Sequence record: LC819006.1
Strand: one strand, 5' to 3'
Length of the DNA stretch: 64,000 nucleotides
Shown here: in pieces, positions 35,801-45,059 of the stretch
How positions within the stretch are numbered: position 1 is the first letter of the stretch
How the letters are laid out: each line of letters starts with the position of its first letter
Notes under the pieces: generated by a model
Databases searched by the model: none
What the model was told of the DNA's origin: nothing
Seen by the model: the letters and a program-made list of their open reading frames with translations, nothing else
Position numbers and translations under genes: made by a program

Positions 35801-36601
35801 CTTCAGGCTGGCAAGCCAGCTGGTCAGGTCACCGGAATAACCTTGTGCGACTGCATCCTGGTAGGCGGAGTTACCCGTCGGACCAGCAGCGCCTGCGGCA
35901 CCCGTATCACCCTTTGCGCCCTTGATGACGGAACCAGCAGGCCATGCACCACCAGCCTTCGGACCATACATCGTGGACGTTGCAGGATCGTAGGCGTAAT
36001 CGCCATTCTGACCCGTACCAGCAGCAGGTGCGCCGTTGGTCGTGAGAAGCGTGTTGCCGTTCGTGCCAGCAGCACCGGTATTGCCGGTGTCACCTTTCGC
36101 GCCTTTGAGCACCACACCTGCCGGCCATGCGCCTGCGGACTTCGGACCATAGATGGTCGAGGTAGCCGCATCGAAAGCCAGATCGCCGTTGTTGCCAGTG
36201 CCGTTTGCGGGTGCACCACTGGTAGCGATGATGGTCTTGCCATCTGCACCTGCGGCGCCTGTCGCGCCTGCTGCTCCCGCAGCACCCGTTGCACCTTTGA
36301 GCGATGCGACCCAGGCTGCTTCCGTACCGACGAAACCCTGGTCGAGTGCCGACTGGTAAGCGGACTTACCGTTTGCGCCAACGAGGCTTGCCAGCCATTG
36401 AGCTTGCGTTCCCGCAAAGCCTGCGTCTTGTGCGACCTGATAGGCCGACTTGCCGTTCACCGAAACACCGGAGAGCGGGACCTTCTGGCTGGACGTTTGA
36501 CCAACCACGTGAACTTCGATATACGAGTTCGCGAGATCGATTTGGCCAGTCAGTGGGTCGAGCTGGAGGATGGTTTTACCCACCACATTCGAATCCGCCA
36601 T
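32891..36601 (-). CDS. Collagen-repeat tail fibre protein
   Basis: Many Gly-X-Y runs alternating with GKSAYQ.A...GF.GT..QWLASL.G and G.V....DLP..G...W.D.G modules. C-terminal DLS...TW...W.G.AP domain. Confidence 0.85.
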   Translation of the reverse strand: MADSNVVGKTILQLDPLTGQIDLANSYIEVHVVGQTSSQKVPLSGVSVNGKSAYQVAQDAGFAGTQAQWLASLVGANGKSAYQSALDQGFVGTEAAWVASLKGATGAAGAAGATGAAGADGKTIIATSGAPANGTGNNGDLAFDAATSTIYGPKSAGAWPAGVVLKGAKGDTGNTGAAGTNGNTLLTTNGAPAAGTGQNGDYAYDPATSTMYGPKAGGAWPAGSVIKGAKGDTGAAGAAGPTGNSAYQDAVAQGYSGDLTSWLASLKGAKGDTGAAGPAGQSSVLGHLVGSVNTSADLPDVSGYEQADYFFVGTHVWMNLNGEWTDMGDFQGLPGKDGSGITVLGSLPSSDYLPVSGQRNGDAWLVGTVMYVWQGTTWQLQGQQGLQGPVGPTGATGPQGSSAWDVIRAQHPEVDTLAKFITYITGPQGAKGDTAISFVADGTVATTGDLPATGTNNHGYLVGNDTDGYDFHVWINSQFVNLGRNVGPKGDTGATGPQGEQGPAGNAMKPKGTVANVGALPSAGNSVGDSYGVQGHLYSWDGAAWVDMGNLTGPAGATGAQGPVGQPVNAKGSLANTGLLPSSGNANGDAYEIGGFIYVYNSSTAQFVNMGQWRGANGTNGTNGLSAYQQAQAAGFAGTVTEWLASLKGADGVSFTYIGQFANAAALPTGTHTGAAATTTDTNHIYLWDATNGWTDNGQIGVQGPQGLQGPTGADGKSAYQVAVDAGFAGTQAQWLASLKGLQGDSAYTVAVAQGFAGDVTAWLASLKGAKGDTGATGATGATGPTGNTGATGPAGTSLAYIGDFASSGAIPAGTLSQVATAAGHIFINNGTTWVDAGPVAQGPQGPKGDTGNTGATGATGQSAYQAAVAGGFVGTQAQWLASLVGPTGASAVQDAIAAGKLSPGATINDYITLTTGPQGPAGADGATGPQGPTGPAISIIGTLSDSSQLPGTGTAGTGYAIPDSSSPGTYNCWIWLSTTSQWFNLGHVVGAQGPQGIQGLRGLQGLTGPAGPTGPQGTLWIVLTRDPQAQDGNVGDYFFNSNTQEFFRKTSTSTWASLGHIGGGNLNAPAATGKYRGYNDSGWVDLPSVVNALPTDNTGKHYVLSNGLWVQDTLIDTIPADTGTYIMKSGAWTRLDTYTLKAVDAAISAGAVTLDLSVARTFRIQNTAAAAITMTNLPASDRTTTVIVKIYGKTNAMTWTNTIRWFDGSAPPLTNSTTTVVLNWDGTEWVGSVPN

Positions 36602-36651
36602 GGATTGCTCCCATTTCCTGTAAAAAATTATCTATCGATTGCGAAAAAAAT

Positions 36652-37710
36652 TTACGCGTAGGCCCGCGCAACACCCGGCGCGCTAACGCGATAACTTCCG
36701 TCACCAACCAGACGCACATTCGCAGGCGTGTCTGAGTGGTCGTTGACCTTCAGGGTATAGGTGCCCGGCAGCCAAGCGAGAGACGTCTTTTTAAACGTGA
36801 TCGGATATTCACTGAGCCCCGGCTGGAATGCCGTATTTTCAATGTCGTCTGCGGTGAGTTGCAGGTTGAGGGCAGCGTTGATCTGATCGAGTATGCTGTA
36901 TACCGTGAAGGCTTCGTTGGGCACCGTCACCGACGGAATGTTACCGTCTGTGAATTGGTCATTGATCGTAGCAGGACTGACGCGAGTGATATACAACCAC
37001 TGATCCACATACCCTTGCTTATGCGCATACACATAAACTCGGGTATTGCGTCCGGCAGGAGCGACAGACACCGTTTCGATAGCACCGAAATCGAAGTCAA
37101 TCATCTCTTGCCAACTCACGGCGTTATCGTGGTTGGCAATGCTCGTCAGTTGCGCTTTTTTGTCGGCCTGAATGCTGGTCGCGGAAAGGAAACCAAACAA
37201 CAGGTAATTCGGGTACAACAGGTTTTTCTTACCGCCGCCGAGGACATTGATGTAACGCCACCCTGTCCAGATTTTCGAAGTCGGCTTTGCGGTGATGACG
37301 AAGTCGTCATCCATTGTGGTATACTCGGTATTTTCCAGATCGTTTTCCGTCAGCCGGACACCCAGCTGCTGGTTAATCTGGTCGAGTATGTCATACGTTT
37401 TGAAAGGAATTGCGAGAGGCTGGATAATCGAGTTATCTACGACCCGCAGTGCCGCGAGAGGAATCCGGTGATAGAGAAAACCGGTTTCATTCGGGAACAT
37501 GCGATGATCGAACTTCGGGTTGATCTTCGCAGGAATGTATGCGTTGGGATCGTCTTCGATGTCGGGACGCTGGTCCAGTTCCTGAGGAGTACCGAATACC
37601 ACCATGGGCGGCGGCAGTTTGTACTTGTTCGAAACGTAAACCAGGTCGCAGAGAATTTCATCCTCCGGACGATCGAAGTCGTATGTCAAGATGAACTGGA
37701 AGATCGACAT
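36652..37710 (-). CDS. Putative virion/tail structural protein with internal duplication
   Basis: Repeat TYDILDQINQQLGVRLTENDLEN / VYSILDQINAALNLQLTADDIEN. Adjacent to the fibre gene. Confidence 0.6.
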   Translation of the reverse strand: MSIFQFILTYDFDRPEDEILCDLVYVSNKYKLPPPMVVFGTPQELDQRPDIEDDPNAYIPAKINPKFDHRMFPNETGFLYHRIPLAALRVVDNSIIQPLAIPFKTYDILDQINQQLGVRLTENDLENTEYTTMDDDFVITAKPTSKIWTGWRYINVLGGGKKNLLYPNYLLFGFLSATSIQADKKAQLTSIANHDNAVSWQEMIDFDFGAIETVSVAPAGRNTRVYVYAHKQGYVDQWLYITRVSPATINDQFTDGNIPSVTVPNEAFTVYSILDQINAALNLQLTADDIENTAFQPGLSEYPITFKKTSLAWLPGTYTLKVNDHSDTPANVRLVGDGSYRVSAPGVARAYA

Positions 37711-37823
37711 ATGACTCCGTTCTGGGTTAAAAAATCAAAAAAAAATATACTCGGCTCAAACGATTAATACCGCAGACATACTATCCGGGACTTCGGTCCC
37801 GGATAGTATTCATGCAGTTTTAC

Positions 37824-38144
37824 TTAGCGGGAATGCGCCATCGTCCGATGCACAGGACGCACTGGCGCGAGGCCGGCATACGAATACAGATGCGTCGGAT
37901 CGATTCCTGCCATCTTGGCGTGGTGGAACAGTTCCGCGATCACTTCCGGACTCATCTTCGGAGCGTGGGTATGGCCCTTGAAGAAGAACGAGATGGTGAT
38001 CGGATTGCGTGCACCTTCCTTGAGCCAGGTGCCGACGATCGCGCCATGTTCGCCCTTGCCTGCTGCTTCCGGTCCGAACAGAACTTCGTACTTGTTTTGA
38101 CGGTCGGTGTTGATGAAACCCAGTGCGCCCAGAATCTTTTTCAT
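37824..38144 (-). CDS. Hypothetical protein
   Basis: AAGGA SD before ATG 38144. Confidence 0.55.
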   Translation of the reverse strand: MKKILGALGFINTDRQNKYEVLFGPEAAGKGEHGAIVGTWLKEGARNPITISFFFKGHTHAPKMSPEVIAELFHHAKMAGIDPTHLYSYAGLAPVRPVHRTMAHSR

Positions 38145-38202
38145 TTGGAATATCCTTTCAATCATTTTAAAAGTAGGGGACCGTAGTCCCCAGGTATACT
38201 AC

Positions 38203-38577
38203 TTACGACGCGACGTTGCCGTCCTTGTCGTAATACTGCGCCCGTGGATGACCCTTGAAAGTCACCCACCAACCAGGTTTATCATCCCTGGCGTACGGAG
38301 CCAGATTCTCCTGTTCGATATCCACGAACTTGAGAACCTCTTCCAGATCCCGAGCCTTGAAGATCGGAATCCACTCACTGGTCGTATACAGATACTGCCA
38401 GACAGTATCCTTCAGACCAGGCAGAGCCAGCATCTGCTCGATCGTCAGGTCACTGTCCTGGATCGTAGCTGTCTGGCCCTGATACTCAAACTGCAGGAAT
38501 GCTGAATCCTGCAAGATGAGATCGTTCTGTACCTGCTCAAGGGTATAGAACGCATTCATACGCGGCTTTTGGCGCAT
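38203..38577 (-). CDS. Hypothetical protein
   Basis: AGGAG SD. Confidence 0.6.
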   Translation of the reverse strand: MRQKPRMNAFYTLEQVQNDLILQDSAFLQFEYQGQTATIQDSDLTIEQMLALPGLKDTVWQYLYTTSEWIPIFKARDLEEVLKFVDIEQENLAPYARDDKPGWWVTFKGHPRAQYYDKDGNVAS

Positions 38578-38642
38578 GGTGTTACTCTCCTAAAAAGGTT
38601 TTAAGCAGAGGGCGGAATTGCCCTCCATTTTGGTCCAGCTGT

Positions 38643-39119
38643 TTACATCCCGTACTTCACGAGGAAGTCGTCGAACTTCGTGTAGAACTCACTGCGAGTC
38701 ATAACCTCGCCGTGGAACTCACGATTGGCGATCCGTAGTTCTGATTCGACCCGATACGCTTGCAGCATGACTTCAGCAATCATGCATTCAACACGACGTG
38801 CGAAGTCCCTGGTATATGGAGCATCGAAGCCGAAGTGACTCAGCACCGCCAGGTAAGCATTGACTTCGATCGAGTCATTGAACCTGTCGTATCTGAAATC
38901 GCCATTTTCAGCCTGCCCGATGAAGCGACTCGACATCAGCCACTTGTCGACTGTAACCGTAGCCAGTTCGAACGACTTGCGGTCTTCATTCGATTCCGCG
39001 AACGGATTGAAACGAAGATCGACCATCTCTTTCGTGTAGTGGCTGCGAGGTTCACGCGCATTCATTGTGCGTAGAACTTCACCGTCGTAAACAACGTGGA
39101 CCACGTACTTCTTATCCAT
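38643..39119 (-). CDS. Hypothetical protein
   Basis: GGAG SD before ATG 39119. First gene after early promoter 39175. Confidence 0.6.
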   Translation of the reverse strand: MDKKYVVHVVYDGEVLRTMNAREPRSHYTKEMVDLRFNPFAESNEDRKSFELATVTVDKWLMSSRFIGQAENGDFRYDRFNDSIEVNAYLAVLSHFGFDAPYTRDFARRVECMIAEVMLQAYRVESELRIANREFHGEVMTRSEFYTKFDDFLVKYGM

Positions 39120-39174
39120 TACAAACTCCATTGTAAAAGGAAGTTCAAAGCCTTTGATTGGCTTTATCCTTTTC

Positions 39175-39191
39175 GTTATATATCTTTGAAA
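39175..39191 (-). promoter_or_regulatory. Early promoter TTTCAAA-GATATATAAC
   Basis: Intergenic, after terminator 39211-39240. Confidence 0.68.
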
Positions 39192-39210
39192 AAATCTACA
39201 AAGGCAAATG

Positions 39211-39240
39211 ACGAGGATAGGGCTTTCGCCCTATCCTCGT
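39211..39240 (-). terminator. Hairpin (GAAA loop) ending the structural operon
   Basis: ACGAGGATAGGGC-TTTC-GCCCTATCCTCGT. Confidence 0.72.
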
Positions 39241-39247
39241 CTTTCGT

Positions 39248-40630
39248 TTAGTCCAATCCTGTCAGACCAGCCTGATTGGGATCATCCGCTTTCACGAAGA
39301 TCACCATTGCGACGAATGAACGATAACCATTTGCCATCAGGCCCTTGCCGTTCATCTTGGTTTGGATATGCGCTTTCAACAACACGCCATTGACTTCTTT
39401 CACTTCACCCTGATCGAGGAACATGATCTTCACGTTCAGACCAGGCTTGATGATTTCGGGATTAGCGTTTTCCCATTCGAGCGTGTAGAAATGTCCTTGT
39501 CCACGAGCCAAACGAGAAGTCGCCAGATACGGATTTGCCGTAATCCCTTCAGGCGAGAGTCGAACATTGTTCTTTCCGTTAGGAGCTTGCTCACCAACGA
39601 ATTCACTGTTGTTCTGACTACGCCTAGCCAACGCAGTATTATTGCCGCCTTTGGAGAAGCCTTGGACGATCTGATTGGCATCTGCGAACATGACACCATT
39701 ACCAGCATTGTCCTGAATCTGACTCTTGTCAGATTCGATCTTCTTGTTACCCGTCGACAGGATGGTCGTGATGCCATTTTGCGTAAGGTAAGTCTTCTCA
39801 ACCTGGGGAAAGCGCTTGGCAGGAACTGAGATGATGATCAGCTTTTCCTTTGCCTCATCAAAGCCTGCCGTGTCATACGGCGGATACACGTACCAGATAC
39901 GCTCATGAACAAACTGAGCCATACCGGTCGGAAAGATACCGCCGCACTTGGTTTGAACGTAATCTGCCAGATCCGAGAGCATGACGCCGTGATCGATTAC
40001 GACCTGGCTTTGCTTATCGGTAGCTGCTGACGGATGCATGTTCACGCCCAGGAGCTTATTGTCGTCATCGACTTCCAGCTGACCGCAGTTCATCGTGATC
40101 AGGTGCTTGACGAGATCTGCATTGGTCGTGTTGGTAAAGTTACCACCCACACTCACTTTACTGATGTCATCAAGCAACTTGGGTTTTAGCTGAATATCGA
40201 CTTCAACGAAGTCAAGCAGGTTCTGAACCTCTCGACTCAAATTCTCGTTGTTGTTATCTTCCGACATGAAGGGACGAGCCTTCGGATCGATAGACACATT
40301 AAACGTTTCGACAGTCACCGATCCAGCAGCATCGGATTTGTCGTAACTGGTAGGATTGAGTAATTCTGTTTTCAGAATGAACTCAAGATTACCCTTGGCC
40401 GGATAAACGAAAGCCGTGTAGTCACCCAACATCATGACCACACGAATCATCTTCACCGCACCATAGTTCAGTTCGTAGTCGGCATGTTCGTCGATGTCCG
40501 TAATCTTGATCACGTCATACGTTTGCGTGCCAACCTTGAACTGTCCCGTATAGCTGTAGAAGTTAGGCTGGAAGCTGGATTTCAATACCCGCTGGATATC
40601 AAAGTCCAATGGAGAGCTGTCGATGTTCAT
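39248..40630 (-). CDS. Virion structural protein (phiKZ gp101-like, baseplate/tail)
   Basis: 460 aa. Length and position at the start of the conserved block. Confidence 0.6.
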   Translation of the reverse strand: MNIDSSPLDFDIQRVLKSSFQPNFYSYTGQFKVGTQTYDVIKITDIDEHADYELNYGAVKMIRVVMMLGDYTAFVYPAKGNLEFILKTELLNPTSYDKSDAAGSVTVETFNVSIDPKARPFMSEDNNNENLSREVQNLLDFVEVDIQLKPKLLDDISKVSVGGNFTNTTNADLVKHLITMNCGQLEVDDDNKLLGVNMHPSAATDKQSQVVIDHGVMLSDLADYVQTKCGGIFPTGMAQFVHERIWYVYPPYDTAGFDEAKEKLIIISVPAKRFPQVEKTYLTQNGITTILSTGNKKIESDKSQIQDNAGNGVMFADANQIVQGFSKGGNNTALARRSQNNSEFVGEQAPNGKNNVRLSPEGITANPYLATSRLARGQGHFYTLEWENANPEIIKPGLNVKIMFLDQGEVKEVNGVLLKAHIQTKMNGKGLMANGYRSFVAMVIFVKADDPNQAGLTGLD

Positions 40631-41331
40631 TGAATACGTCCGTGAATACCTGAACGATCCATGTACGACAGGAAGATGTCACGCATGGATGGACGCTCCG
40701 GCAACTTCTTCTCTTCCACATTTTCCGGCTTGGGCTGATCGGTAACCGGTACTGTCGAGTACTTGTTGCGAACGGTGTACTGATCCTGCTTTGCCTTGCC
40801 TCGATCCCTGACGCGTTTGTCGACTGCATCGAACATTGCGTTGAGATTGACGATTTCTCTTTGAAGACCTTCCGGAATGAACGTGCGAGCAAACTCTTCG
40901 CCATACTCGTGACCAGCGTACTGATACACGGCTTCAGCGAATTCGTCGATCTGAACGAGATCTTCAAACGGCACATTGTGGTTGAACACAGTCGACTGGA
41001 TGCGTTTAGCCCAATCGAACGTATAGTCCTGGCAGATCTCGTAGATCGCTTTCGTATCGTCACGCTTAACGATACTGACCATTGTGTGTTCGTGATAGTA
41101 CTCCACCATCTGAGCGATGGGGATGTACACGGGAGCCTGTTGCTTCATGAGCTCCCGGTCTACGTTTTGATTACCCGATGTGTGCAGGCCGTAGCGTTCA
41201 AGGTACGCCGTACCAAAACGAGCAATACGAGGTACCTTGCACAACCAGACCCGCCCCCACAACGGATACCGAGGATCATCGAAAGGGATGCTACTCGGGT
41301 TAGGTGCGGGGCGTTTCTTTTGTTCCGTCAT
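40627..41331 (-). CDS. Conserved chimallivirus protein (gp100 position)
   Basis: Translationally coupled to both neighbours. Synteny. Confidence 0.55.
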   Translation of the reverse strand: MTEQKKRPAPNPSSIPFDDPRYPLWGRVWLCKVPRIARFGTAYLERYGLHTSGNQNVDRELMKQQAPVYIPIAQMVEYYHEHTMVSIVKRDDTKAIYEICQDYTFDWAKRIQSTVFNHNVPFEDLVQIDEFAEAVYQYAGHEYGEEFARTFIPEGLQREIVNLNAMFDAVDKRVRDRGKAKQDQYTVRNKYSTVPVTDQPKPENVEEKKLPERPSMRDIFLSYMDRSGIHGRIQ

Positions 41332-42677
41332 AGCCTTCTGAGGTTGTACTTGATCAGCAACAGGAGAAGCGGAATGTAGTAAAACCGTTCCACATGTCCC
41401 CAGTTGAGAATGTCGTCACACACTTTCAGAATATCGCCAGCGGCGATAATTTTAAAGTCGATGTAATCCAGCAGCAAACTTTCGAGCAACGACAGATTCG
41501 TGTTGTCGCGCGTATAGAAGGCGCTGGAGAGGACGTAGCCGTTGTCCATGTCGATGGGCTTGATGATGGGCATCGGAGCGATGGAGCCATCCGTAGGCGG
41601 CGTGGGAGGCACGTACGCAGGCATTGTCGACTTGATGTTGACTGGAAGCAGAGGTTTCTGGATTTCCTTGGCCATCATGAAGTCAACGTTCGTCTTCGGA
41701 TCGACCGGATACACGACCTGAGCAATGCCCGAGTAGCGCATCGAAGCGAGAAGTGCCGAACGATGGAAATTCACCCGTGACGTCACGCCGGTCTTCGTGT
41801 AGATGAAGTTCATCAACTTCGGATCGCGATTGGAGAGCATCGTCCACAGACTCATGGACGAAATCGCGCCATCGTCCCCGATGTTCAATTCACGAATCGA
41901 CTGGATATGAACATCGTCGAACGAGTTCATGATCGACTTGACGAAATCGACCAGTCCATGATCGTAAGTCGGCACGTCTTGCATCGGAACGACAATCGTC
42001 ATGTACTCGCGACTGAAGTACTGGTTGAAGTACAGCTGGATGTAGTCGTACCAGTAGCCAGCCAGCTTCTTGCTGTTCTGATAGTCGTCCTCAACGAGCA
42101 AGGGATTCTGCAGGTTCAGCAGGAAGTCCTTGACGAAGTAGTACGTGACGATAGTCTTCTGATCCAGGTCGAAGATACGAGCCTGATCATTGATCGCAAT
42201 CAGCTGATATTCGATCTGGTGGGCATGGTCCACGAAGATCTGCATCGCCTGCACTTTCGTGACCTTGAAGATACCTTCACGACCATCAGCAATGCCGGCG
42301 CGGAACATGTCACCTTCCTGAGGCACCAGGAAAGGATAGACGTTCGCCATACCCTGCATCGTCATTTCATTGGTTTGCGGATCTTGAGAAACCTGCGTCA
42401 AGTCCTGAGTCACTTTCAGTTCCATCGACCAGATGCGACGGTACTGTTGGAGAACAGCAGGCAAGGACGTATCCTGGCCTTTGATCTCACTATTCTTGTC
42501 GAGGATCTGTGAGTAGTAATCCACTACCCACGGCGAGCCTTCGATATACGCAAGCAGATCGCTCTGAGGCGTATATTCGGTATCGATGACAGCGGTCTTC
42601 ACACCCGGCTTGAAAGGACGGACAATGTCCTGCCTGGGCTGTGTGGGAGCGTTGTCGAGATCTGTCCAAAGCGGCAT
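41328..42677 (-). CDS. Virion structural protein (gp99-like)
   Basis: 449 aa. Synteny. Confidence 0.55.
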   Translation of the reverse strand: MPLWTDLDNAPTQPRQDIVRPFKPGVKTAVIDTEYTPQSDLLAYIEGSPWVVDYYSQILDKNSEIKGQDTSLPAVLQQYRRIWSMELKVTQDLTQVSQDPQTNEMTMQGMANVYPFLVPQEGDMFRAGIADGREGIFKVTKVQAMQIFVDHAHQIEYQLIAINDQARIFDLDQKTIVTYYFVKDFLLNLQNPLLVEDDYQNSKKLAGYWYDYIQLYFNQYFSREYMTIVVPMQDVPTYDHGLVDFVKSIMNSFDDVHIQSIRELNIGDDGAISSMSLWTMLSNRDPKLMNFIYTKTGVTSRVNFHRSALLASMRYSGIAQVVYPVDPKTNVDFMMAKEIQKPLLPVNIKSTMPAYVPPTPPTDGSIAPMPIIKPIDMDNGYVLSSAFYTRDNTNLSLLESLLLDYIDFKIIAAGDILKVCDDILNWGHVERFYYIPLLLLLIKYNLRRL

Positions 42678-42686
42678 TGCGTCCTC

Positions 42687-44252
42687 TTATTTCTTCGATT
42701 GGAACACGCCATTGACGGTGCTGAACTGCACGGTCTTCATGGCACGATTGATGGTTCGGCCTTTGAGGCATTCAGCGAATGCATCGTAGGTACGCGGCGT
42801 CAAGCCGTTAGCGATGATGTTGTCGCACGGACGATAGTTACCGGCGGTCGTCGGTGCAATGTACTGAACGATCTGATCGAACGCACAGCGGGCATTGCGA
42901 AGACGAGCTTTCGCATCTTCCGTGATGTAGGTCAGGTCAGTGGTCACCGAAATACGCAGATGCCAGACCTTACGCTTATTGAGAGGTTGAGTCGAATAGA
43001 TGTTCAGATTCTCATCCATGCGAATCCAGGTAGGATCTACCAGCAGTCGACCCATGTAAAGGGCCACGTTCACGGCAGACTGACGAGGCTTTGTCACGTA
43101 CTGGGCTTCCGATGCCATGAATTGCTTCATGCAGTCACTGAACTGGAAACCATACGAATCCGCTTCGAGATCCGTCAGGTTCATGAGCAGGTTCGGATCC
43201 ATTCCCGCCGCCACCTGATCGTCAGTCGGCAACAGAACGAGAGTCGTGACCATGCGCATCGTTCTCTCAGGAACATTGCGAGGCATAAACTCATCGAAGG
43301 TCGGGAAGTAACGACCCGGGAAATCCTGATAGACAGGATTCACGTTCTGCATCGACTCGAACGATTTCAGGTGCGCCATCGACCAGCTACGCGATTGCTG
43401 GTGATCTTGCAAACGCTGAAAGCCTGTTTCGTTTCGGAACTTCTTGCTCAGGATCTGATTGTGAATCGAGATCGGATACATGAAGTGAATGTCCTTCGGC
43501 TTCTCGTAACGCAGCACGTAAGGAATTTCCACTTCCCACACATCCGTCTCATCTTTACGCTGACCGAAGTCAGGCTCAGAGCCGATGTCAAAGAAGCCAA
43601 GACAACGCATCTGGGTTTCCTTGAAGACACCCAATGTGTTCTTTCCTGCCTGATCCGTCAATAGACCATAGCGGGGATTGACCCATTTCTGGAAGAACGT
43701 GTCAAAGTCCTCACCATAGCCTGCTACAGCTTCCTGGAGGCGATGGATCTCTCTGAGGATGACCATGTAGGACTCCGGCATCGCAAACGAATACTGAAGC
43801 GTATGGAGCCACGTATCCTCACGATTGGGGATCTTCATGATCATGTAATCGTACCAGCGACGAGCATCCGTCTTGTTCTTGGCACGATAGTGGATCGTGA
43901 ACTTCATTTCCACCGATGCATAAATCGGACGCATCTCGATTTCGAGGTCACGATTCAGAAAGAGCGGAATTTGTTCAGGTTGTTTGGTCACCATTGCAGG
44001 CAGCCAATCATTGACATAGTTCTCCGTGATTTCGATGAAGATCTTGTCAGTCGTCGGCAGGCGAATGGTTTCGTATTTGTTCGAGATGTAGCCATGAGGC
44101 TGAGCGACCGTATCCGCATAACCCGGATAGTTGATATTCATGTCTGCAGGCAGACCGAGTCGATCGATCAGAATTTCCTGGACCGTGGCTACAGCGATGG
44201 CACGACTCACCGACTGATCGGATTCCAGGATAGGTCTTTGAATCTTGGGCAT
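42687..44252 (-). CDS. Virion structural protein (gp98-like)
   Basis: 521 aa. Synteny. Confidence 0.55.
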   Translation of the reverse strand: MPKIQRPILESDQSVSRAIAVATVQEILIDRLGLPADMNINYPGYADTVAQPHGYISNKYETIRLPTTDKIFIEITENYVNDWLPAMVTKQPEQIPLFLNRDLEIEMRPIYASVEMKFTIHYRAKNKTDARRWYDYMIMKIPNREDTWLHTLQYSFAMPESYMVILREIHRLQEAVAGYGEDFDTFFQKWVNPRYGLLTDQAGKNTLGVFKETQMRCLGFFDIGSEPDFGQRKDETDVWEVEIPYVLRYEKPKDIHFMYPISIHNQILSKKFRNETGFQRLQDHQQSRSWSMAHLKSFESMQNVNPVYQDFPGRYFPTFDEFMPRNVPERTMRMVTTLVLLPTDDQVAAGMDPNLLMNLTDLEADSYGFQFSDCMKQFMASEAQYVTKPRQSAVNVALYMGRLLVDPTWIRMDENLNIYSTQPLNKRKVWHLRISVTTDLTYITEDAKARLRNARCAFDQIVQYIAPTTAGNYRPCDNIIANGLTPRTYDAFAECLKGRTINRAMKTVQFSTVNGVFQSKK

Positions 44253-44286
44253 AAGTTGTCCAGTGTTGGTTCTATGTCAAAAGATG

Positions 44287-44703
44287 TCACTCGTTTCGCT
44301 GCATGTATTCAGGCAGATCGGGAAACGGCAAGATCTTTCCTTTCAATTCGTGCGAACAGTCGCCCAGGAAATACACTTCTCCCGGTTTAGCTCCGTTGCA
44401 ACCTACCCAGGTATGGCACTGCTGACATTCGAAGTCACGCTCGTCTTCAGGATGCTTCTCATTAAACGTACACCAGCAATCATCCCCAGGTTTGTGGGAA
44501 TCCATGTAATGTCCAGAACGAGTCAGGACGCTCGGACCGAAGACGGGTTTGTTCACGTCTCCATTCCACGTCCAGTTCTGACCCGGAGGACCACCTTGAG
44601 TCGTGATCTGGTGACAAGTCTGACAACCCTGACACCAATAGGTCAAACCACTACGACCGCGATTGTCGGACCAGCTACGAAGTTTTGAAGACAGAAGTCC
44701 CAT
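44287..44703 (-). CDS. DUF6527-like Cys/His-rich protein
   Basis: WCQGCQTCH...WTWNGD..KP.F.PSVL...CHTWV...FLGDCSHEL.G. Confidence 0.6.
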   Translation of the reverse strand: MGLLSSKLRSWSDNRGRSGLTYWCQGCQTCHQITTQGGPPGQNWTWNGDVNKPVFGPSVLTRSGHYMDSHKPGDDCWCTFNEKHPEDERDFECQQCHTWVGCNGAKPGEVYFLGDCSHELKGKILPFPDLPEYMQRNE

Positions 44704-44738
44704 GATGTTCTCAATAAAGATTAACCAAAGGATCAACA

Positions 44739-44766
44739 CTACCAGTAGCCTTTCGGCTACTGGTAG
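44739..44766 (-). terminator. Hairpin (GAAA loop)
   Basis: CTACCAGTAGCC-TTTC-GGCTACTGGTAG. Confidence 0.7.
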
Positions 44767-44778
44767 AGGATCTGCTGT

Positions 44779-45057
44779 TTAGTCGTCGTGACCACGAGTA
44801 CGTTCGCGGAAGGAACTGTGTCCCGTCATGCGGGCTTTCAGATCCTTGTTGCTGCTGCTGCCCGTACCGTAAGCATCGTTGATGGTCCTGACTGCACGTA
44901 CGGCCGCATGGCCGACGTTCTTGGCCGAGCCCACCACTGCTTCCTTGACGTCATGCGCGGCGTTCTTCACACCTTGCTTGGCGTTTTCCTTGGTGTCCTG
45001 CCACGAGCTCAAGGAAACCTGGCTCTTACGCGGTTTGTCGATCTGATAGAAGCCCAT
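44779..45057 (-). CDS. Small hypothetical protein
   Basis: 92 aa, 2 nt after the upstream stop. Confidence 0.55.
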   Translation of the reverse strand: MGFYQIDKPRKSQVSLSSWQDTKENAKQGVKNAAHDVKEAVVGSAKNVGHAAVRAVRTINDAYGTGSSSNKDLKARMTGHSSFRERTRGHDD

Positions 45058-45059
45058 GA

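Noticed and set aside
32891-36601. Repeats as a CRISPR array or DGR
   Set aside because: The repeats are in-frame protein repeats with synonymous variation. There is no constant repeat-spacer period, no reverse transcriptase and no TR/VR pair.
33266-36661. Long + strand ORFs over the tail fibre
   Set aside because: They are antisense frames of GC-rich collagen repeats.
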